Assembly (NCBI RefSeq): GCF_964194025.1
Contig: NC_134474.1
Span: 13,826,001 to 13,890,000 of the forward strand
Origin: Convolutriloba macropyga
Taxonomy: Eukaryota
DNA length: 64,000 nt
Direction of reading: 5' to 3'
Below the pieces are notes generated by a model, which did not search any database, had not been told where the DNA came from, and saw nothing but the letters and a program-made list of their open reading frames with translations. Every line of letters begins with the position of its first letter. Position 1 is the stretch's first letter. Below, in pieces: positions 14,191 to 23,938 of this stretch. A program made the position numbers and the translations under genes.

Positions 14191-14274
14191 GGGGGTGGGG
14201 GTGACTGAGCGGGGTGTGTGTGTGTGTGTGTGTGTGTGGGGGGGGGGGGGGTGACTGAGCGGGGGGTGGGGGTG
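14191..14274. repeat. G-run/(GT)n compound microsatellite
   Basis: GGGGGTGGGGGTGACTGAGC repeats around (GT)n and a long G run. Confidence 0.9.
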
Positions 14275-15900
14275 TCGGCAGCTTAATGATTAAGAACCAC
14301 CCTTCACACCATGATGAATTTGTCTCCTCAGGTTTCGGTGAATCGCATGGTAAGAGAATAGCAAGGCATAAGGCTCTAAAAGCTGCTCATCCACTTAATG
14401 CTCTCCGCGCTTTAACTGTTCTATTGTTTCTGAGGACAAAAGTTAAAAGCGTCTGACAAAAAAATGCAGAAATGGCAGGACTGAAATAATTGTTAAATTC
14501 GCGCAATGAAGGATGTCTTTTGTAACAATATCACAAAAAGTGCCAATTCAATTTCGATTTGAGTTTTTGGACACTTTTGAATCATTTTGCAGAATTTTGG
14601 GAATTTGTTTCCATAGTGATTCAATATTCGTTGTAAGCTTTTTCACTGAAACCATTAGAGCTTGAGCTGTTCTCTTCACTTTATATTGGTCTCGCTCTGG
14701 TTTAATTAGCAGTTATGGATATATTTGAATTAATTGTTTCAAAAAATTATCAAATTAGATGAAATTTGGGCCCTAATTTAGTTACCTTTCTATCATTTTT
14801 CGCTTTTCCTCTAGTTCTTAAATTTTTCGAATGATAATGCAACTAAGACAATCTGAATAGACCTTCTAAACATAGTTAATTCGAATTTGATTATCTTATG
14901 GTCCTAAAATTCTTCCTATTTTCTAAAATTCGAACTGTCGTCATTTTCAATACCTTACATTTTTGTTGTTTTCCAATGTTTCTGTTCCGTATTGTTTTGC
15001 TCGACAGGAGGAAATAACTCAAGTTGTCGGAATGATACTATAGTGTTTCTTCCAATCATTGCTACCCCCAGCCATCTGCCTCTATTGTTGACAAATTCCG
15101 TTTCTGTTTCTAATCTTAATTGCGATTTCTTCCATCTTGTCAAGCAATTTTGGAGCAAATAGATCACCTTTTTTGTCTTTTTCTATTAACCTTTCAAAAA
15201 ACAACTCATTTATAGTTTTGAATTTATTGAACCTTGCAATTCAAAAAAAAACAACCAAAAATCAAAGCTTTTAAAGAAATCAGTTGTCATTCATTAGCAA
15301 CAAGCTTAAATTTAAAAATTTAGAAAAAGATTCAAAAATGCACAAGTTAACGAAGTGAGCAACGGCAAGTGTAAACCATTTTGTCAAAAATCAAAGAAAT
15401 GAAAAAACCGCACAACTATGGGCTCCAAATCTTTAAATTGACCTTCTAACATTAAACTCATGCCCGCACAATAACTTCAATTGGTTTAATACTTAAAGAC
15501 CACTAAATCAAGAACAGGAAATAAATCGGCAATTCAAAAGCACTGAGTCTAACCGTTTATGCTGTTCCAAAAACTAGGTTAAAACAACTCACAAACAAAA
15601 ACATAGCAAAACCAAGTCCTGTTAACTATTGGAAATTTTCCTTCCATTTGGTCAAAGGAAATGCTAAGTAGAACTTCAAAAGAAACAAATTGTTAAAAGA
15701 AAAAGGAAACCAAACGGATAACGACAAACATTAATCGCCTCCAAGATTCCATTTTTATGCTCTTTTTTCAGAACTCTAATCTCACTGAGAATCCTTTTTG
15801 GACAAACTAATCCTAGAAAATTTTTGCTTAAACCTAACAACCTCCTTTGCTCGGAGATGGCTGAAAGTACAATCAGTAATCAGGCAACCGTAAAAAATGG

Positions 15901-16650
15901 ACACCCAAGTACTTGAGTAATTTTTTGGTAATTTTAAAGCGTAAAAACGGTTTTTGAATTCAGTTTAACGGGCGTTCCCTTTTGGACACCTACTTTGAGG
16001 TCACTTTTCAAAACTTTTGACAAAATGCTGCTGATTGTGCATATTTGTCTCAACTCAATTAGTGGAGCTAAGCCAATAAAGTGTTATAAATATTGGACAA
16101 AAGTGGTCAAAAGTGCTTCATAAAAAATTACTGTTCGCGCTAATTGATTTTTTGGTGATTGTGCCATCAACATTGTAGGGGATCGTTTTGTATTGTATTG
16201 TATTGCATTGTATTGGATGGTTCTGAAACCTATTTCATCGTGTTCCCCGTAAAACTCACTTCGAGAAACATTTTAAATTCTCATAGGAACTTTACAAAAA
16301 CTCAGATGCAACTATGTGTTAAAACCAAATCTCAAAATCTACCTATAATCAGGAAATCGTGAATAATGCAGACCCAAGTATTTAAGTAATTTTTTGTTGA
16401 TTTTATGGCGTAAAAAACGGTTTTTATTTGGATTCAGTTTAACGGGCGTTCCTTTTTGGCAACCTACTTTGAAGTCACCTTTCAAAACTTTTGACAAAAA
16501 TTTTCTTATTTTAGCATAATTGCCTTAGCTAGTAGTGGAGGTCAGCCTTAGTAGAGATTAGCCTAAGTAGTGGAGTTTAGCCATATTAGTGTTACAAATA
16601 TTGGACAACAAAAAGTGATTCAAATATGTTCCAGAAAAAACTTACTGTTT
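15901..16650 (+). repeat. two direct copies of a ~240-280 bp segment, period ~470 bp
   Basis: ACCCAAGTA...TTCAGTTTAACGGGCGTTCC...ACCTACTTTGA.GTCAC.TTTCAAAACTTTTGACAAAA at ~15901 and ~16371. Confidence 0.85.
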
Positions 16651-17791
16651 TCATTTTTCGCGTTTTTGTTGAATTCTTTGAGCCCTCCAATGCCAAAAAT
16701 TGAATTTCCCGCTAAATTTATTTTGGAAAACAATTTTTTTCAATCCATGTGAAGCTTGTAGATGCTTCTGGGCGTCCAAAAATGTCCAACGAGTTAATTT
16801 TTTTTAGAGTTTTTCTACTTTCGTACAAAAACTCAGTTCTTCAATGTTTTTTGGTCTTTTAAATAGAGTTGTTGGCCTTCTTCTGCAACTTCTTTTAGTA
16901 GCCCTCCACTCTGCTTTAAAAAATGGGAATTGGAAGCTGTTTTAGGTTGCAATTGTTCAGGTTAAAATATTGGTAGTTTCCGAGTACAGAAATTGGCCTT
17001 CAATTAACCAACGGTAGTCTCGAGTAGGTCTTCCCTAATTTTTGATGGAGATCTCTTTGTATGGCGAGGTTCAAAGTTTCCCCTTTTTTCAGTCATAGCC
17101 AAGTATTCTTAGATAAAATTTCTGGCCTAATCTCAAATTATACAAAAAGTATTTATTACATTTCTCTACTTCCTGAACATTCTCTACTTCCTGGTAGCAA
17201 TAACTTTTTTGACCAAAAAGCAAAGTCACCTTTTGGCCACCCTTTCGCCCAATTTTAGCAGTATAGCCCAATTTTGGCCTTATAAATCCCTGCACAAGGA
17301 CCAAAAATGTCTACCCCATTTGGCCAAAATTAGGCATGGTATGGACATAACCTTAACCCTATAATTCAGGTAATGCGAAAAATTAAGGAAAAACTTAAAA
17401 AAATTACAAAACGCAAAGAACTAACTCAAAACGCGATTTAAATTTTTTTGACCACTTGCAAACGAGAAAAGAAAAATATTCACAAAAATGTACGAATATG
17501 TTAACAAAATTAACATTGAAATTGTTGATCATCTAAGTATCGAGCCATTGAAAACCATTTCACACTACCAAAAATTTAAAACTTTAACGCTCTGATATTT
17601 GCAATTTTATGATCCCATCAGGACCAAAATCAGAAAACAAAGATTTTTTAAAAAAAGATTTAAAATAAAAAATGAAAATTCCACGAACAGTACTTTTATA
17701 TTTTTGTTTAAATGCGCAATGATCTGATATTAAAACAGTCTGGACACATGTAACACTCAGTTAATTGCTGATACTAGAAAAATATACTCAC

Positions 17792-17969
17792 AGGTTACTC
17801 CTTCGTCCAGCTCTTCGTAGCATCCGTACAAGCATATCTGTTGCAACAGAGCTGGATGCACTTTTTCAAACGCCTTCACCGACTTCAACCGCGCGTAGAT
17901 GATGTCCAGATCTTCGCCTGTCCGCTCGAAGGACCGTTTATCTAGACATGTGATCCACTCGGCTATCAT
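17792..17969 (-). CDS. RAPGEF4: Epac2/RAPGEF4-like Rap GEF, first coding exon (start of N-terminal cNMP-binding domain A)
   Basis: Translates [59 protein letters not shown], matching the Epac2 N-terminus (AEWIACLDKR..ER..ED.DII..RLK.VKAFEK.HP.LL.QIC). In-frame TGA upstream of the ATG; ends T|GTGAGT (phase 1). A strong acceptor TTTTCAG suggests the exon begins at 18083 with 5'UTR. Confidence 0.93.
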
Positions 17970-18083
17970 CTTCACCACCACTGTTCTCGTTCACAAGTCC
18001 GGTTGCATTTGAATATGTATGAAGGTGTAGAATTAAATGAAGGTTTTTTGATCCTGCATTAACAAATTGTGAACAAACCTTAT

Positions 18084-19354
18084 CTGAAAAGCATAAAACC
18101 AAATGAAAACGTTCAAATGATCGCCTTATATTTCCTTCAACGATAATTATCTTTCGCTCAAGGCAATTATTGAAATTAGATAATTCATATAAAGACTTTT
18201 GATTCATAGACTGATAAATTATTGAGAGTTGATTTTACAGCACTTCAGAGCAAAGAAAAATATACTCGTTTCGGGTAAATGTGGCTTTTATATTCACACG
18301 CATTACATAATTGGCGATAAAAACAGCTCAAAAAAGATGAACTCAAGTTGTTTACAAAACTCAATGCTTTCACTGATACAATCTAATTCAATAGATTCTA
18401 ACTGAGAAAATAAAGCATTGGTGCCTTGAAATGTTTTTATTGAAAGCATCCTCATACTTTTACTCAAAGAATGCTTAGACTTTGAATCAGGGGACTGCTA
18501 AATTGATTCGATATTTCCAAAAACGCTACTCTTCAATTCATTAATTGTGTTTATGCATGTACGCAGAGGCCGTTCGGAATTGAAACAAAGGAAATATTAT
18601 TGGGAAAATAAAACCTCCTTACATTTGATAGCACTATTGCTTCACCAGTCGATTTGATGGTAGAGTATTTAGATGATTGAAATTTAAAAATGGAATTGCA
18701 GCATGGAATTATAAACAGCCAGCTATAATCTGGCTACGGTTGTAGGTTCTTCCATCTGTTATTATTTTGTTACTTGCTCTTTAAACCGTTACTAGTTCCC
18801 CATTATAGTGTTGTGTGTGGTAGTTGATGCGCAGAGAAATCTACGGCTCAAGATTCTACACAAAGCACATCAGCTGGTGTCGAAGATATCCATCGATTCA
18901 TCAGCAAACAATGAAATTCTACAAGTACACCACACTCATGTTCCCACAGCTAATCTTAAACGTTGGAATTATTTATGTAAATTGTGCAATTTTTCTCTGA
19001 ACAGCCCAACATCGATAGTATGCGCTGTGTTCAATTGATCAACCAAAAAGAAGGATAGATCAGTATTGGCCAGCTGGTGTGATTACTCAAGCGCCAACTG
19101 TGCGTGCCATAAAGGCCTTCGCAACAACAAAGAGACGCCACGGTGTCATTTACATCGGACACAGGTTCAAACAATCACCAACAAGCGTCGTTCATTTTTC
19201 AACATTATCTACTGCGTTTGCGCCAATTCCGACGGTCCAAAATATTACTGCAGTAACTCTAGCCCTGACTACACTACTGGAACAAGACTGTTACTCGCTT
19301 TGTCCCATTAATGCAGTAAAATTATACAACGAAATCATACGCCGAGGAAAAAAG
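18084..19354. promoter_or_regulatory. probable divergent promoter/5'UTR interval between RAPGEF4-like and villin-like genes
   Basis: Lies between oppositely oriented first coding exons, has no recognisable TE, and is more GC/CpG-rich than the introns from ~18800 onward; TSSs not located. Confidence 0.5.
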
Positions 19355-19468
19355 GTGAGTGAGAAGTTTGTTTCCTAATTAAATTAGGGCCCAGGTTAAT
19401 GAACGACAGTTCCTACGCAGTTTCTATAGAAAGTGAAAAACATATGTTTCAGCAAACCACACCCCAAA

Positions 19469-19531
19469 ATGATTGATCCAGCTTTCAAAGGAGTAGCAAC
19501 CAAAGTTGGTATGACAATTTGGCGGATAGAG
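19469..19531 (+). CDS. villin/advillin-like gelsolin-family protein, coding exon 1 (not in ORF track)
   Basis: MIDPAFKGVATKVGMTIWRIE|GTAAGT, the typical gelsolin-family G1 start (DPAF....G..IWRIE). Preceded by acceptor TTTCAG (ends 19452) and a probable 5'UTR exon donor AAG|GTGAGT at 19354/19355. Confidence 0.88.
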
Positions 19532-19899
19532 GTAAGTTCCGTACTTTTTGAAATTTTGAGCTTATTCTACCGCGTTTCCCTCAGTTAAATAGTTCAACAT
19601 GTGTTAGTTTTCTTTAACCCCTCCATACTAGCCAGGTGGGCATTGCCTTTTTTTGGGGCTCAGACTCCTGGATTGAGAAAAATTAATAAAAACTGCAATT
19701 AGAGCATTAAGAATAGCTAATCGTGCTTGTATTATTAGTACTTGAAGATTCTGGGTATCACTTATACCCACGGGTGGTCTGCACTCTCGTTTGTTGTCCA
19801 CACACATTCCCTTTTTCCAAGCATTGCAATTTCCACATCTACATACAAAATGCCATGTGCAATTGTCATTGACATTGAAGGAGGTTACAAAATAGTGCC

Positions 19900-20740
19900 A
19901 GTCAATCTTTGATATTGTACTTTTGCATTTTGCAGAGTTCGTTGCCAGCTTTTACATTTTTAGTTATGATGTTCTGACGTAATTTTGAACGATAGAAAAA
20001 CGTTTTTTTATTCTGAAGTCACCGGGGGTATGCTGTCTTGTTATATCGCAAATTCAGAATGGCATTAAGTATTTGCAGTGAATGTGTCCTTGATTATTGA
20101 CAAGAACATCAACAAATCATGCATTTCCATGTACAAGCACAAAGGTAGTAGCTCGAGTTCCTTTAATCTATAAACATAACAACAATCGGATCTTTTCCGT
20201 TTGTGCCCCCCCCCCCCCCCCCCCAGTACGATATGCTCCTCCCAGTTACAGAGCACGTATCATTACATAGTAAATCACTGTAAAAATATTACACGTGCGT
20301 CTGGGGGTTGCAAATAATATGCTTCCACTAAACTGGGGGGTGTCACATACGGAAAAGATCCCAACAAAATTTTTCCACACTCCATTTGTTGCCCTCATTT
20401 GCAGCTTATCAAGATTTTGCATATGACTTCGGTTTGGATTGTAGACCTGGGAGTAGTATGTGACAATTGGCACAATGCAGCCTTTATACGCTTTGGAGAA
20501 TATTTTTGAGACATTTCTTTTGATGAGGTAGAAAGCTTCGCTCGTAATGCTTTGCTGGCTCGTAATTCATAGTTGTCATTCCAATTGAAATTTGCAGAAA
20601 CTCCCAAGTCTCTTTGGGTTGCTACAGAACAACATTTCTTCATTCACTGAATTTAAGTGTATTTCTTTTCCTTAACTGCCAATTATTTGATTGCAACAAT
20701 TGATCGGAGTCTAGTCAATTTGCAATAATTGATTCAATTT
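19900..20740 (-). mobile_element. degenerate LINE ORF2 3' fragment interrupted by a MITE
   Basis: Pieces QRDLGV...W......SKA, PIVTYYSQVYNP...LDKLQMRAT and RLKELELLPL...HDL are typical post-RT CR1/Jockey-group motifs, collinear once 20188-20361 is removed. Confidence 0.65.
20188..20361. mobile_element. MITE with 13 bp perfect TIR
   Basis: GGATCTTTTCCGT (20188) and ACGGAAAAGATCC (20349-20361); flanks CAACAATC / CAACAAAA (6 of 8 match); related copy at 60989-61208. Confidence 0.8.
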
Positions 20741-21331
20741 GATAAAATCAGTTGAGGCGAAAGATGCAAACAATTTTATAGAGGGTCGAAATCTTGGATT
20801 ATAGAGGGTCGAAAAGAGGTTAATCTTGGATCTGTTACCAGAGTTATCAATGACTAACTTTGAAGGTGAATTTATGTACGGCTGAAATCAAATTGAATGG
20901 AACAGAGAAGAGAAACATCTGCGTACAGCTAATCAATAAAGTAACTTATTTGATCAGTGAAACTTGTGCCTTTTAATTAAACTCAATTCTTGTTCAATTT
21001 ATATTTTGATCTTCAACATTTGTAGTTATTCATAAGAGTTGACTTGCTAAGAGTAAGCCAACTATCCAATTAGGGGAGGGTTTTTAATTAAGTTTTCTAG
21101 TTTTCGGAATTATTGAGATTCCTAAGATGAAACTTGTACACATGTAAAAACGAGCCGTCAAAATCTTGTTCTTTTGAAATTTTCGTAGCCGTCAAACGCG
21201 CCGTCGAAATTTTCTTTTGAAACGCGCCGTCAAAATCTTGTTCTTTTGAATATTTTTGTTAATTTTTGGTGCGATCTTTTCGTCTCGGATTTTATAGTTG
21301 CTGTTCTCTCTCAGACTTTTGGTACAATTAT

Positions 21332-21469
21332 GGGACCTTTCCCATTATAGCCCCCCTCAACCACGAAATTACAGCCCCCCCCCCCATTATGGTATAGTTA
21401 CCATGATTGGGGGTAGAGCTATAGGTTATCTGACCACTCAGCTGGGAGGGCTATAAGAGGAAAGACCCC
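21332..21469. mobile_element. MITE with 22 bp imperfect TIR and 6 bp TSD
   Basis: Left GGGACCTTTCCCATTATAGCCC vs reverse-complemented right GGGGTCTTTCCTCTTATAGCCC (18/22); flanked by AATTAT on both sides (21326-21331, 21470-21475). Confidence 0.75.
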
Positions 21470-21659
21470 AATTATGTTGCCTTCTATTTGTTTTTGTCTT
21501 CAGATATATTTTAAGTTAAGAGCAAAGCCAAAATTGTGGTTTCAATCAGGTTTACCACAGAAAGGTTATTATTATTATTAGCTAAAGCTCCATTTAAAAT
21601 CTCAACAGTAACGGAAAATTGAAACCGTTAACTTTTCCCTCAGAGTTAAAGTTTCAACT

Positions 21660-22960
21660 CAAAAGAGTTTATTTGATTCAGCAACGGCAGGAAAGAACCA
21701 AGGCCTTCCGAAAGTAGAGTGAAATTTAGGAACAAGTAAATCGTAAATATATTCAGATGATGTAACCATCGGGTTTCGTTTAATTAGTTCCGATAAAGAT
21801 AGTGGAAGTTTGCCAGGCTGATGTACAAGGCAATGCGCATTTCGATTTAAAAGATTGTTCTGCTTAATTGGCAATCATTTATTCAAGGAAAGTCGATGTA
21901 CAAATAGATATTAAAGAATGCGTTAATTTGTTGGCAATCATTGTAGCTGCATCAGGTACGAGGTTGTTGAAGGTGACAAGCGAAAAAGCACGCGTGCAGC
22001 AGAGATCATTATTCGTTGAAGTTCTGCTAACAGAAAAATTGGAAGATCATACTAAAGCAAATTACACTAGTCAACAAGTGACACTTAAATTCTAATGAAT
22101 TCAAATAGGACGGATGTCGTTGCAGAAGTTGACGATCAACAGCATAGCCTAGTGCATTTTTTTTCAGTGTAGTTACCATCATCTGCCAGATGTAAGAAAC
22201 CTTGTTTAACTTTTTTATATTTCCGAATGATCAAAATCTAAATCTTATCTGCATTCAATATCGGTTTTCCAATATTGAATCGAGGTAAAATCAAACAAGC
22301 ATTGTCTGAGGGTCAAAAAGAAAACAAAACAAAGAACGGCATCATCAGAGAACAAAAATAATTTATTTTACTTTTCTCTCAGATTATCTTCAAAAACATC
22401 AGATACCAGGAATAAGTAAGAGACTAACTACCGAGTATTGTGGCACATCCGTTCTTATTCTAACATCACAAGAGAAGCCTCATTCACGATAACTTGTTGA
22501 GCAGGACTCTAAAGAAAATTTTTGATGACTTTTATCATTGCAGTTTATAAACTATTGTTTCTGCCAATATCCCAAACAATAATTGATGATCGATGATATC
22601 AAACTATGCAGACAAAACCAATCTTCATCAAGGAAAACAGTTCTTGCAGCTAACAAAAAGATTTTTCAAGACTTTTCGAGATCTTTTGGTTCAATGCGAG
22701 CAACTATTGGCAATGTCATACATGCTCGAGAGATTAACAAAATGCAGATATAAATTAACTTACCTGGCTAAAAGACAACTCTTCCAATAACTGTTCTCAA
22801 GAAGCTTAGATTTTACAGGGCGGTAACTTGAAATCAATTGAGGACGAGGGTTAAAGTTCTCTATGAGCTGGCTCACGATAGCTTGTTGGAATTAATTTGG
22901 CAATTGTCCTGTCCGTAGTGTCTTCTTATGTAACGCATTGGAAAAGTCAAAAGAATTTTA
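21660..22960 (-). mobile_element. very old L2-like LINE reverse transcriptase fragment
   Basis: Manual translation across frames: TGQLPN*FQQAIVS...PQLISSYRPV.SKLLE, VLSA*FDIIDHQLL, QQVIVN, LNADK, SEYIYDLL, FGR; collinear with L2 ORF2 but heavily decayed. Confidence 0.55.
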
Positions 22961-23938
22961 ACGTAACATCGTTGGTATTACATTACTGGGTGCCGTAGTT
23001 CAAAATTTTCCAAAAAATTAATTTTACATTGCCTACTTCAATAAATGATTTTGCAATTAATGATATCTGGTTCCGATCGACATAAGTGTTTAAATTGAAA
23101 CAGTGCTCCAAAGATTTTCCGGAGTATCTATGTCAAAAGGGGTAAAGTAATTTTTTGCTAATATTAACAGGTCAAAATTTTAGCCATATCCGGCAAGAAG
23201 GGTTTTTTATAACTCACAACTCATGCTCTTGCGAAAAATCAGATTGAAAAACTCCATAATCAAAGTTTGTACCAAATTTTGAAAGATGTTCCGGGACATC
23301 AACTACCTCGGATGGTAAGAAGTGCTCTAAAATTCCACTTTTTTGGCGTAGGTTTGTAATTTGCTGTAAAATTGCTATTAAAGACATGAAAATTGGTATT
23401 TGGTTGACGGTATTTACAATCAAAAACATACATCATTTTGCCAGGCGTGTATTTAAGAAAAACCACTTCCGCATTTGACAAATCCATGTTTGAAAATTTA
23501 TTGACTGTTAATGTTCCATCATAAAACACTGCTAATTCTCTATAATTTTCGTCTTTCCTGTATGCGCTGAAAAAACCATTGGCAACAATGTTGCAGCCAA
23601 AAGTTATCATTTGAGTTATCTTTGATCCATGTCTCGGTTAAAACAATAAAGTTAAAATCTTTAGCTTTAAAAGATTTTTGTGTTTATGAGGTCTTATTGC
23701 AAAGCGATCTTGCATTATGTAAACAAGCTTCTAAACAGTCAATGACACTTTTAATTTAATTCTAAATAGTGATGTATCGAAGGAAGCTTGACACACCCTC
23801 TCTTTCTGATTGAAATAAATACTGAAAATGGAAACCTAACTGGCCAGAAATTGAGAGATTCAACTTGATCATTATCGATTTTTAAAACATAGTGGAAAAA
23901 ATTTGGACGGGACACTTCACTACATACACAGATATAAA

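Noticed and set aside
18808-19378. Three short + ORFs in the divergent interval
   Set aside because: Non-ATG starts, overlapping frames, no recognisable domain; better explained as promoter/UTR.
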